A DNA stretch of 32,000 nucleotides from Mycobacterium leprae TN (GCF_000195855.1 NC_002677.1:2490001-2522000); one strand, 5' to 3'; positions 12,428-23,869 are shown, counted from the first letter of the stretch. Notes: generated by a model from the sequence alone, not told the origin. A program made the numbers and translations.

Positions 12428-13367
12428 TCATGGCCTAAAATCGGATCCCTAAAGCACCGAAGCTGTGTTGACATCGCTGTCTCGTTTATGCGTCAGCACT
12501 TTTGCGGCAACATCCCGCAACGACAAATCGCGGATCAACCACACCACGGGCCAGTCGTAGCGTGTAGCTCATAGAGTCCGGAACGCCAGCTGACTTCATC
12601 GCCACTGAGCCGACGAGTACATGTCGTTTACCGTGAGCGCTGACCATAGCAGGGGAGCATGCGGCGGGCAGGTCAGCTACCGCCCTGACACCCTGGATCT
12701 ACACCGTGGTGAAAGTCACTACAGTGTCAGTCAACCCCTGGTAGCCGAAGTCCAGAATGTGGTTGTTGGCTAGGACACACATTCGGCCGTAACGCCGCCA
12801 GTCAAGTTATCCGCGTGCATTCGATAACAGGACTTTTTGTACTCGAACAGACCTTTTCGTACTCTACAAATTCACCGCCAGCGGTGATCGTTGTCTCCAG
12901 GTTGACCCTGCCGCGCATCGGGGGCAGCCGCATCGAGGAGCCCCAGCATCTCGCCCCAGGGTTAATGCCAATCCACCGGGCACGGAATCGACCGGTTCAC
13001 GTGCTCGACCAACCGAACGTATCCTCAAGCAAAACGCATGATGCAGCTCACGTAACTCCGTTTTGCCAGAATATGGTAGGATATGATCAAACATTTCGCC
13101 CAAGCATCACATCACCGCCCAGTAGCACCGTAACCGCATCTTTTAGGGTTATCCGAAGCTCCTCGACAATTGACCCGGTTTCCATCCCGTCGACGTTAGT
13201 AGAGTCGGCGACTGCCGGTTAGGAAGCTTTGGTCCCCACCGCAGTGGCCTTACGGGCCTTCGGAGGGCGGACCCGTCACACCCACACTACAAGGAATGAC
13301 AGAACGGACCGGTAGCAACGATAGCGGGCGTCCGTTGGCTTGGCGGCTGGCTTCATTGCGCAACAGT

Positions 13368-14670
13368 ATGAGGTTGTTCGACGATCGTGTCGACGCTGGA
13401 CGGCACCTTGCCGAACGCTTGGAGTCGTTGCGCGGCAAGGACATGGTTGTGCTAGGCCTGCCCCGGGGCGGGGTACCAGTGGCTTTCGAGGTCGCCAAGG
13501 CGCTGCGGGCGCCGCTGGACGTCCTGGTAGTGCGCAAGCTGGGGGTACCATTTCAGCCCGAATTGGCTTTCGGCGCCATCGGTGAGGGCGGTGTGCGGGT
13601 GACCAACGACTCCGTGGTGGCCGAAGCCGACCTGTCACAGGACGAGATGGCCGCCATCGAAACGGAGCAACGTGCGGAACTAATGCGTCGTTCGGAACGG
13701 TTCCACCGCAGGCACGACCGCGCCCCGATCGGGGGGCGGATCGCGGTGATCGTCGACGACGGCATCGCAACCGGCGCGACCGCCAAGGCCTCCTGCCAGG
13801 TGGCCCGCGCCCAGGGCGTCAGCAAGGTGGTGCTGGCAGTTCCTATCGGCGGACGCGATATCTTCGCACGATTCGCCGGATACGCCGACGAGGTGGTCTG
13901 CCTACACACACCTGCGTTCTTCTGCGCCGTGGGCCAGGGATATTGCAATTTCACCCAGACGTCCGACGCTGAGGTGATCGCGCTGCTCGATCGCGCTCGG
14001 GAAGGCTTTGGCGAGTCTGCGACCACCGCCACACTCGGCGACCCACAGATACGTGACGAGGAGGTTTGGTGAGCGCCGGACCGGTAGTTGGTGGCCGGAT
14101 ATCTGACAATTCCGGAGTATCCGATCAGTTACGTAGTTTTCGCCCACGGCAATGGCAGCAGCTCCCGCAACCACTATAAGTATCCGAGGTCTTGAATACA
14201 GCAGGTTTGCCACCCTGCTGTTCGATCTGCTCACCCCTGACGAGGAGCGCGACCGCGCCAACGTCTTTGATGTCGAATTACTGGAGCGACGGTTGAGTAG
14301 ATATCACCGGCTGGCTAGACAGCCCGATACCGCGACACTTCTGGTTCGGCTACTTCGGTGCGAGCACCGGGGCAGGTGCTGCGCTGGCCGTCGTGGCCGA
14401 TCCCCGCCGTGAGGGTAGCGGCGGTGGTGTAGCGCGGCGGGTGACCTGACCTGGCTAGGCTAGGTCTTGACCAAGGTTCGCTCACCCACGCTGCTAGGTT
14501 GTGAGCTGATATGGTGAAGTCTGAATCGTCGGGCGGGGTCGGTGATACCTGGCACGCACGAAATCGTCGTGGTTTCCCAGCTCCACCCACCTCTTCGAAG
14601 AACCAGGCACCCTCGAGTGGGTCGCGGTGTTTGCCCCGCGACCGGTTCACTGATCACCTGAGCCGGGTGG
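13368..14670 (+). pseudogene. Rv0571c-like two-domain protein: phosphoribosyltransferase domain open to 14072, followed by decayed alpha/beta-hydrolase domain
   Basis: MRLFDDRVDAGRHLAERLESLRGKDMVVLGLPRGGVPVAFEVAKAL...IAVIVDDGIATGATAKASCQVAR (PRPP loop), stop at 14072. Hydrolase domain follows in broken frames: VVFAHGNGSSSRN, ATLLFDLLTPDEERDRANVFDVELLERRL, GYFGASTGAGAALAVVADPR, VRVAAVV*RGG*PDLA, HEIVVVSQ, THLFEEPGTLE, DRFTDHL. Confidence 0.85.
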
Positions 14671-14778
14671 CGCACCGCAAATTCCTAGAACAAACCCACG
14701 CAAAGCGTTGGCAGAGCAGCCATCAGGGCATCGTAGTGTGCTGCGGATCGAGGCGTGGGCATTCGTTGGACACGTGAT
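14357..14778 (-). repeat. Copy B of 422-bp perfect inverted repeat (overlaps 3' half of Rv0571c-like hydrolase domain)
   Basis: Reverse complement of 12006-12427; both yield the same 88-aa minus-strand-type ORF (MVKSESSGGVGDTW...GHSLDT). Confidence 0.97.
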
Positions 14779-14992
14779 AAATACCGTGTCGTCGTCGACC
14801 GTCTCGGCATGGCCGCAACTATGCATAACCAGGTAGAGCCATCCCGGACCGAGGGGCCACTTGCAACATCCGCACTGTGGGTCGGCGGCCATGGCTTCTT
14901 CTCTACCCGGCCTCACCATCACGGCCACCGGTCCGAGCCCGGGAATTCCCATTAGAGCGCGCAGACATGCGGGCAGCTAGATGTGGAGTGCC

Positions 14993-15193
14993 TCAAAGGT
15001 GACGATACGGCCCGTCTGCCACAGACTCTAACAGCTTGTCAGAGGTGTGCGCGCCGAGCGCCAAAATCGCCATCAAACCCTTCCGCTCCGAAATGTCCAG
15101 ATCAAGCCGGTAACCGGCGACCGAACGGGCGGCCTTTCCATACCAGCGCACCCGGTATGGATCGCCGCCAGAGATGGCAATCAGATCGGCCAA
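14993..15193 (-). pseudogene. Fragment resembling the N-terminal HhH region of a PolX-family DNA polymerase/PHP protein
   Basis: ADLIAISGGDPYRVRWYGKAARSVAGYRLDL...LMAILALGAHTSDKLLE resembles the PolX N-terminus (LLE..G.NPFRVRAYRKAAR.I.G....L...GIG..IA.KI.E). Confidence 0.45.
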
Positions 15194-16600
15194 ATCATGC
15201 AGAGCAACGGCCGCAGTTTAATTCGAACGCATGAAGCATACCCGCGTGACCCGAACTAGCGCGCCTGTTCACCAGAAGTTGCGGGCACAATTACACAGCA
15301 GCGTCCTTTGTAGTCATGGAAACAGATACAGAATGGATCCCGCTATATATGCTCACCAGCGGCGAAAAACCTTACTGTTGGACTTGTGACCCCGATGGGG
15401 AGAACCTCTGACTTCGGCAATCTCGGCGTCGCAGCGGTAGCTTCAAGAATCCCGATCGACCGATGCTAAGGATTACCTTCATTATGAAAAATGTGGATCC
15501 AAATTGGAGGCCACGATGAAGAAAACGAGTAGCAGATGACTCTACCTATGACCTGCTAACGGTCTGTAAGCCAAAGGGATTCAGCAGCAAAGATATTCAC
15601 TTCACAGTACGAGGTACTGGCAAAAGATCACGATCGATATCCAACCCACGAGTCAGTGCGACACACAAAGCCTAACAACTCGACAACGAGCTCAAACAGC
15701 AATCATGACCACAACAGGTAAGCGTGTATCGAAATCTCCTTGGACCGCAACGCAGTCTTTGCTTACCTGCGTCGGCGGTACTCGACTCACATAGCACGGT
15801 ATCCCGTGCTGTGTGAGTCTTCGCCTACTGGCGCACCACCACGCCGCCGCGCACCAAGGACCCCCGATTCCCGACAGCGACATAGAATTCCGTTACTACA
15901 CCACATTGCAGCATGCTTTCCACCACCCACAACAACAGGGTCGTCCTCGACGTCGACACGGTGTCCAGTGAGCGCTGGCTACTGCAACGCATTCCGCGGC
16001 GACCACATCGACCACGCCATGACTTTCGGTCTGACTGTGCTCTCACCCTTACACGACAGCACCCGCAAGCCCGTGACCTCTGATCGGCTCTAACTGCGCC
16101 TGCGGCGCGGTCCGCAAACTGGTGGAACCACGATGGACGCATCTGCTAACGACAAATCCGCGACACCGCGAAACGCATCTATAACTCCGCCCAGGCACCA
16201 AGACCTATTCGCACAGCAATGCCGATAGGGCGAAGAAAGTGAAAGCGTCAACAACACGCTCGATCCGATCGCACCTCCTACGTTGAACGGACGATCGCCT
16301 GCAACGCAGTTAGCCAGCCGACTCTCCTTTGTCCACAACGCAATATCGGCGTACCTAACACCGTCGACAACAACCGAAGAGCGAGCCTCCTTACACTGGC
16401 CACCATGCTAAGCACATACCACGCACGCGCAAAGCGTCGCGGAGCTATAAGCGTGCACACTACACTCACACCTGCCACACACCGACGAACTAACAGGGGC
16501 CGATCGCGAGGAACGGCGCCAGGACGCCAAGAACACCACTGAAGACCGTCCACAACCTCCAATCGGCTAGAGTTTTAGCCACGTAATCAGAACATCCCTG

Positions 16601-16673
16601 GCCCTCGTAGCTCAGGGGATAGAGCACGGCTCTCCTAAAGCCGGTGTCACAGGTTCGAATCCTGTCGGGGGCA
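16601..16673 (+). tRNA. tRNA-Arg, anticodon CCT
   Basis: Full cloverleaf: acceptor GCCCTCG/CGGGGGC with one G-U, D-arm GCTCAGGGGATAGAGC, anticodon arm CGGCT-CTCCTAA-AGCCG, T-arm ACAGG-TTCGAAT-CCTGT, discriminator A. Confidence 0.96.
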
Positions 16674-18459
16674 CTTGTCCGGCACGCAGGATTCACGTAG
16701 ATGAACGCTATTTTCAGACACCCATCTACTGGATTCGGCTTGCTCTGTTCTGATCGTGCAGTAGCCGGTTATAGTTCGGTGCCAGGTTACCCAGCCTGAC
16801 ACCGATAGTCAATCGCGCCATAAGCTCGAGTCGAGAAGCAAAATCGTCCAGATCTGGTCGCCGCTGAGTCGCACCTAGAAAGTCGAGCACGCCATCGAAC
16901 ACAGTGGTGATTTATGCCCAAACGCCAGCCGCTACCAAAGCCAACCCACACCCGTCGCCGTAGCCCTGCCACGTTTTCATCGAAAGTCCTTAGCCGACGA
17001 GCGCGCGTCTTTCATCAACAGCATCAGGTACAACAGATCGGTCGGAGAGGCCTCGAACTCGAAGTAGGCGTAGAACGCGTGGACCTCATCGTGTAGCACA
17101 CACACACAAGAATCGCCCACATCCCCCCGATTGAGTCCGTGGCCTGGGACACAGCGACCGATCGCATCACGCAGCCAGATGGCTACCCAGGACCCCGCCC
17201 TGTTATTTGTTTACGATCAACTGCCAACCTCGACAGCAGGATCACCGGAACCGGTTCAAGCATATCGCTATACATCCTTCCCGGAGCATTAGCACACGCA
17301 CCAGACCCTGACACTAAGCATAGAAGCCGACCATCCGACCGTTGCGGCACATCACGAAACAGCGCAACCCGACCTGGGACATGGTTGGCAAACCCCCGAT
17401 TGCGCAAGTAACCGTCCCAGATTGGGCTTCCCACTACTAAAGTTCGCGACGTCATCGGCGCCGTTGATCAGTCGCGGCACACTATAGCCGCTCACACCTA
17501 GGTGTCGAAAATGGACCATTCGGCAAAATCGCTTCTCTAACCGAGGCTTGTGTAAGACGAATCGGTCCAACACGGCCAGGAACTCAGTCCACACGGCGTC
17601 GGGGAGCACGAAGAGTCGGCGGTCGGCCTATAACAACGTCGCGCGCGTGCGCCAACACCAAGGTAATTGTGAAATTGGTGAAGTCAATCCCCTCAACCTC
17701 AGCGGCACAACGAATCACCGCGTCCTGCTTAGAGTTCAGAAGCGCTGCAAGACGCTCAGGCCTTGGTAAGACCTTCTCTATTGAGCACCTAAGACAAGCG
17801 TACAAGTCAACACCGGTGGCCTGTACAATGGTTCCTGCTTGACATCAACAAATTCCAGTGGTGTCGATAGCGCTAGCAAACGGTTACTTGACCATCCCCT
17901 GGCAATTGCCGGTGTTCTTTGAGTAGGCGTTGACGTGTCGTTTGTAATCACAGTCACCACGGTGTTAACGACAGCGGCCGAAGGGTGCAGACCCTTGGAC
18001 ATCGTTGTGCAGTAGGGATCCATAACGAGGCGACCGCGACGACAAGCGGCATTTTGCTCTTGGCTGTCTGCGCGGTGTCGAAGACGGCGGCAGGGTATCT
18101 GACGATGTACACGCAGAAATATCAGGAGAACATCACTATAGCCGCAGCGATTCTTGACCATTTTTCTGCGGCCTTATCGACGAATGCGTCTGAGCATTGG
18201 GCCACCAAGGCGACACCAGCAAAACCTGCGGCTGACCCCAGCGAAGCTGATACCAGCACAGCAGACCTCAACACCAGCAACAATCGTTACTATCCGAAAG
18301 GAACAACGAACAAAGAAATACATCTCCAAAGCACTACCAGGGACTAACTTCGTCAACATCTTTGGTATAGCAGGATCTAACTCGAGGTATGCCGCCGCCA
18401 AGAGGCAGGAAACTGATTGATGAAATTCGTCAAACATCTGAGTGCTTCGGGGACATGCT

Positions 18460-18560
18460 CACTAGGTTGAACACGGAGTGGTTAGGTCCGTCAGTGTTAC
18501 CGATGACCCAGGCGACTGCTCCGCACCAGGGGTGGCGCACTGCCCTCGCAGTAGATCGAG
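18460..18560 (+). pseudogene. Possible PPE-family (or related ESX-associated) remnant
   Basis: LNTEWLGPSVLPMTQATAPHQGW resembles the PPE N-terminal W.GPSS..M..AAAPY..W motif; no other PPE portions could be aligned. Confidence 0.25.
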
Positions 18561-20079
18561 CAAACCGTCGGAGAGACCTTCCGCATCGTGGATGCCTATG
18601 ACACTTCAATAAGTGCGGGGAGAAAGCTGCGGCGATCACAGTCTACTCAAAGCAATGTCAGAACTTCTGAGGCCAGGATGCCCAGAGGACGGATACCGAT
18701 GCAGCTAAGGTGGTGGATGCGTTGTCAGAGTTGACTCCGTAACAGGAACCACCAGAGATCACCGACTAAACCGGGTTGGTCCAGAGGCCTTCGCAATATC
18801 GCATGACAATAACGGCAACCTCGATGGCGCCGATGACTCAGACATTCAGGCTATCGGGATCGCCCGATATGAGGTGTGTGACGAACCGGTTCGTAACGCC
18901 AACAACTGCCATTAGCATAGAGCGGAACCTCACCACAAGTGTCGGGCAGCCGTGCTTTTCCATGTGAAAAACAATCGGACACGGCGACCAACTACCAGTT
19001 TGGTGACCTGGACAATTACGGCACCCAAGCGGCGTGGTTAGAGGCCGAGTACCTGACCAGCGCCTGTCACATGAGGGCTGCCGCTGACTTTTGGGATGTT
19101 ACCCAACTGTACGGGCCTAGACAGTCCGGTGACCGCCGGTTTGGGCCAGGCAGCTTCAGTCGGCTGATCGTCTGGTGCCGCAAAGCTGGATGGCGACAAA
19201 CCAGGCGGCCATTGGGGCTCCTACCTAATGGACCTATAGGCCTATCTGGCCAGCCGAGAAAAGGCAGATCCTTACAGGATGACGATGGAAAACACGGCCG
19301 AAATTCCCCATAACCCGCACGACGTATAGTGGCTGCGACCGTCCAGGACATTCCCCGCATCTAGCCGAACCTGACCACCAACTAGATGAAATCATTGACA
19401 GGTGCCCCGGCACATGGTGTTCAGTTTTGCTGGTGCTGCGCCTCCGTTTAGCACCGCAGGGTTAGTTAAGTCGCGGATGGCATCTACAACAAGTTTAGCG
19501 CCATGCTCCGGTGCAAGGAGACAATTGTAATGGTACTACTCCCGTCATTGCCGAAGCTCGGATATCACGACCAGTCTGCAAATAGCTTGTTGATGAATGA
19601 AATTCGTGGCAAACTGGACAGAAGTTCCCCGCCATTGCCGTGACGTCAGCGGGCTGACCAGAGTCCCCTCTGAGCGTATTGTCGGGTGTGCTACCTCGGC
19701 TAATTGACATTTCGGCACCGGGTTACGCGCGACAGTGTTTCGGCTGATATCTGACAGTTCCTTGGGCTGCCCCTGCCCAATTTGACCACCGCCAGGTTAG
19801 ACATTCAGACTTGTCTCCCACTACCAACTGCAACGCAGCAACCAAGTTGGGTGCGACATCCGGCCGTACGCACCCGCTAAAGTCTCAGATTGGGTCGAAT
19901 AGAAGAGTAGCGTGCAGCGTATAGACGGCTCGACTGATATGCCGATTCTCGGCGTCTACCAAACTGATTTCGCTCGCAACTCCAGCAGAGAAAACCGGGA
20001 GCTAGCTGGAGAAAACAGTTCCCAGTAACGCCGTAGAATAGCATCTCGGCGCCGCAGCATGGACCCAGTCCCGAGGGGC

Positions 20080-20840
20080 CGAAGCGCGCTATCGGTGACC
20101 ATAGATGGTCGCACCGGTGGCCGACGAATACGACCTTAGGTACGGGCTAAACAACTCCCATCTGCGCGCCATTGCGCAGCTCAACTTCGCCAACGCTCGC
20201 CGCACCCCCAACGCTCAGATCCACGGTTGAACGATCCCGACTTGACTCAGATCGACGACACCGCCAACCCGGTCATCGACGGTTGACTGCAACGGTTCGA
20301 CTGTAGCCAGATGACCGACGGCGGAGCCGAATTAGTTCTCGTCAGCGACACATATCTGCGAGATCATCCTGGTGCACCCCCAGTCGGTCGCATCCATGGC
20401 TGGGGATATCGCCCCGTCGGGCTGGGCTTGCGGGAAAAGCACTGCCGCGCTCCTAACTACCCGTACGTGCTGCCACATATGCGGGCTGCGGCACTGGATA
20501 CACTACACCGCACACAGGTGAGCCGGAACGACATCGACGCTTTCTAGGTGCACGACTTGACTACTTTACCCCTAGCGAATACCTGGCCATCAACCACATA
20601 GGGCTGATCGGCCTCGGCGAGTCGTGGAAGGGTATCAAAAACAGTGAGATCGAGATAGGCGACCGGTTGCTGATCAATCCCAGAGACAGTCATCCGGTGG
20701 AGGAATCTGGCGTGCGGATGCTACTGGACGCGACGAGCAGGTCAGTAATTCGTCCGGTGACTACCAGGTATCGAATGCAAAAAGGTTCGCTACGTTGAAT
20801 TTTAGCAGCAACACTGTCAGCACAGTCAGTTTCGTTGTCA
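20080..20840 (+). pseudogene. Thiolase / lipid carrier protein (Rv0914c-like), frameshifted
   Basis: DGGAELVLVSDTYLRDHPGAPPVGRIHGWGYR; VLPHMRAAALDTLHRTQVSRNDID; SEYLAINHIGLIGLGESWKGIKNSEIEIGDRLLINPR; HPVEESGVRMLLDATRQ. Confidence 0.75.
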
Positions 20841-20861
20841 GCACTATAGAGGGATCACGAC

Positions 20862-22290
20862 ATGGATGTCGAAATTGTCAGCAAGTTCCTGTCTACCCTG
20901 TCCGAAGACGACAGCCACTCGCGCCGGATTGTCCCGTGGCGACCGCAGACGATCGAATGGGACGCCAACGACCTCAACGCTTTAGCGGGAGAAATACCCA
21001 GCTACCTAAAAGCGTACCTACCGACGCAACACTAAAAACCACTGCACCCGGAGTTCACAGTGTATCACCCGTTCGATGAAGACGGCATGCTGCACATGGT
21101 CGGCTTCCGCGATGGAAAAGCCTTTTTTCGCAACAGCTTTATACGCACAGACGGATTTTTGTCCGAGAACATCGCAGGCGAGCCGCTGTGGCCCGGTTGG
21201 GCAGAACCGGTGCAATAATTGACCAAGCGTGAACAGGGCTGGGGATCCGCAACCAGATGAAGGACGGGTTGAACACCGACGTCACCGTCCATCGAGGCAT
21301 CGCGCTGACCAGTTTCTACCATTGCAGCGATCTGTACCACATAGAACCCTATCCCGCCAATACGCGAGGCAAGGAGATCGGGGACGGCCGTTTACAGTTG
21401 ACTGGAGCGTGGCGCACATCTCAAACTGGACAACAGGACCGGAGAACTGCTGTTCTTTAATACACAAGCAGGACCCGTACACATCCGCTATGGCCTCAAC
21501 CAAACAAGCAACGAACTGACACACAACAGTCGACATTCCGCTGCTTGGTTCGCGTTTGCCACATGGCATGGCGTTCACCGAAAACTACACGATCCTCAAT
21601 AATTGCCCATTGTTCTGAAGTCCAAGACTGCTCAAGAACAATGTGTGCTACCACGATTCTATCGTGACATGCTGTCTCGCTTCGCGGTGTTTCAAGCACC
21701 GGCGACATCCGGTGATTCGAGGCGGAACTTATATTCTTACCGCATTTTCTCAACGCCTACGAAAAGGGTGACGAGATCATGCGCGATAGATTCTTCGAAG
21801 ACTAGCCACACCCTTTGCACGCGGCGCCACTGACCAAGCCCGGCTGCACAGCTGGCGATTCACCCTAGTCACCGGTGCTGTAACAGAAGAGTAACTGCCG
21901 GAATCTATCACCGAGTTCGGGATGATCAATGCTGACTATGCCTCCAGCAAGTATCACTACTCCTATACCTATGCCGCCACCGGCCAATCGGGCTAGTTCT
22001 TCTTAGACGTATTGGCTAAACACGTTCTGCTGACCAAACACCAGGAGCGCTACTCATTCGGCGATGGCATCTACGGAAGTGAGAGGGCGCTGGCTCCGCG
22101 GTCGGGTAGTACCGGTGAAGATGACGGCTAACTGGTAACCCCTACCACCGACATGAATGCCGATAAGTCTTAATTATATGGGCTTCGAAGCAGCCAGGAT
22201 CACCGACACGTCCAGGTGAGTAAACTTCAACTGCCGAAACGTATTTCCAGCAGCGCGCGTTCCACCTGAATGCCCGGAGCCAAATTGTTG
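20862..22290 (+). pseudogene. Carotenoid oxygenase-family dioxygenase (Rv0913c-like)
   Basis: MDVEIVSKFLSTLSEDD, YHPFDEDGMLHMVGFRDGKAFFRNSFIRTDGFLSENIAGEPLWPGWAEPVQ, TDVTVHRGIALTSFYHCSDLYHIEPYPANTRGKE, LPRFYRDMLSRFAV, ITEFGMIN.DYASSKYHYSYTYAATG. Confidence 0.88.
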
Positions 22291-22538
22291 CGACGGAATG
22301 CCGCAGACTCCGCTGCAAGCGCAATCGGACTATGAGCGGCCTGCAAATGTACAGGATCAGGAAGTCGGAGTAACAGTGGACAACCAGAAAGGGCGCCGGA
22401 CAACACATTGACCCAGGGAGTTGGCGTCGGTCGACACCATTCCGTTTTACTCGCCGCTCGTCAAATTTCAAAGATACAGTGCAGTCTTACTGTGAACTGT
22501 TGAGGCTTCACACTTTACCATACGGTCGTCCTGAGACT

Positions 22539-22973
22539 TCACAGACTGGACCGACCGGCGGCCACTGCCGCGATTACTGCCCACACCGAGCACACCATAG
22601 CGCATACCGCTCCTGCTGCACCGAGATATAACCCGCATTCGGCGACCACCGGCGGATTGACATTGAGCTGGTAATACCACACCACAATCACCACGATGAG
22701 CAATGAAATGATCAGCGCAGCAATCGAAGCAACCTTGACCGATAGTCCGCGACCCATCATCGCCCCGGCCACCAGCAGCGTCGACGACAGTAACACGATG
22801 AGCTGGCCCGCACCAAAGCCGGACGGAAGTTCCAGATTGCCGTGTGTGCCGCCAATAGCGTTGGCCCAGCCTTCGTCGTTTACCTTCGTCGTAAGCCACG
22901 GTATCCAGACGCTGATCAAGACGATCGTGGCAAAAAACGCTACCAGCCAACCAAGGCGCAGTCGGTGGATCAT
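22539..22973 (-). CDS. Conserved small membrane protein (Rv0912-like)
   Basis: 144-aa uninterrupted ORF with four predicted hydrophobic segments; syntenic between the Rv0911-like and Rv0913c-like remnants. Confidence 0.75.
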   Translation of the reverse strand: MIHRLRLGWLVAFFATIVLISVWIPWLTTKVNDEGWANAIGGTHGNLELPSGFGAGQLIVLLSSTLLVAGAMMGRGLSVKVASIAALIISLLIVVIVVWYYQLNVNPPVVAECGLYLGAAGAVCAMVCSVWAVIAAVAAGRSSL

Positions 22974-23329
22974 GGTTGCGACCCTAGTAGAGTGTCCGGC
23001 CAGTCTTGCGGTCGGTGTGCGGCGTGTGTAACTACTTCTGCAGCAAAGACAAGCCTAGAACCACACCATGTCGGATCGGTCACCTCAGCAAACTGACCGT
23101 AGGGGATGTCCTCAGCCGCACGCAAAACGACGCTGCTATGTTTTATGCTCACCTACAACGTTTTATCAATACCCCCAGCAGCAAAAATAGCCCAATTCGA
23201 CGAAATACCACCCAGCACAAAAGCAGCGCTGTCCATCACGCTGAGAAGTTGTTACTAACCGAAAAAATTCCTTGGTGGAACGGAATTCTTCTTTGTCAGA
23301 ATTCTGCTAGGCCCGTCAGCCGAAGAGCT

Positions 23330-23860
23330 CGCGAAAGAACCCGAAAGCGGCTAAGTAATCGCATGTGGAACATTGGTGCCAGACGAACACGGCAGTTTCG
23401 CCGATTACCTCGACGCCACGGTGTTCGAAGTGGCTTTCACAAACCAAACGACGCTCCCGACCAGTCAGTCGCCATGAAGCCCTTAGCGGGTATTTCCATC
23501 GTGACCATACCTATCGGGCCATTCGCCGCAGGGACCGCGAACACGATTGCGTTGATATCGCTGGTGCGGAAGTCAGGTGGCCCAGTTGTCAGGAGACTGC
23601 ATCTCAGACCGGTTGGCCATAAGGACAGCGACCCGGTGACCGTCCTTTGGGACAATTGATGTATCCACCTTACTACGGTCCGTCAGACTCAAACTTACAG
23701 CTAAGTACCGTGCCGTAGAATCATGGGCGCGTTCAACATCCGACGACATCAAATCGACCAACAGGGGGGCGCCCAGCAGTACACTGTTACGGCTGGGCAT
23801 GATGACTTGCTCGTGGTGTATGTCTCTGACAATGAGGGTTGAACGATCGACTCGCACCAA
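23330..23860 (-). pseudogene. Glyoxalase/bleomycin-resistance-like protein (Rv0911-like), frameshifted
   Basis: LLGAPLLVDLMSSDVERAHDSTARYLAVSLSL...HRVAVLMANRSEMQSPDNWATYLRTSDINAIVFAVPAANGPIGMVTMEIPAKGFMATDWSGASFGLWKP. Confidence 0.65.
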
Positions 23861-23869
23861 ACCAGAAAG

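Noticed and set aside
12134-12574. 146-aa ORF (and the 111-aa ORF 14315-14650) that look like a conserved protein pair
   Set aside because: Their identity is entirely due to the 422-bp DNA repeat. The real coding signal in this DNA is the opposite-frame Rv0571c-like hydrolase remnant.
13276-14032. 164-aa and 159-aa minus-strand ORFs
   Set aside because: Antisense shadows of the phosphoribosyltransferase domain at 13368-14072.
15740-16142. 118-aa (+) and 105-aa (-) overlapping ORFs
   Set aside because: Arg/Pro-rich, mutually overlapping, no recognisable domain; most likely chance open frames in GC-rich non-coding DNA.
16490-16696. 68-aa minus-strand ORF containing PDRIRTCDTGFRRAVLYPLSYEG
   Set aside because: It is the antisense translation of the tRNA-Arg gene at 16601-16673. 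This string is a well-known spurious annotation over bacterial tRNA genes.
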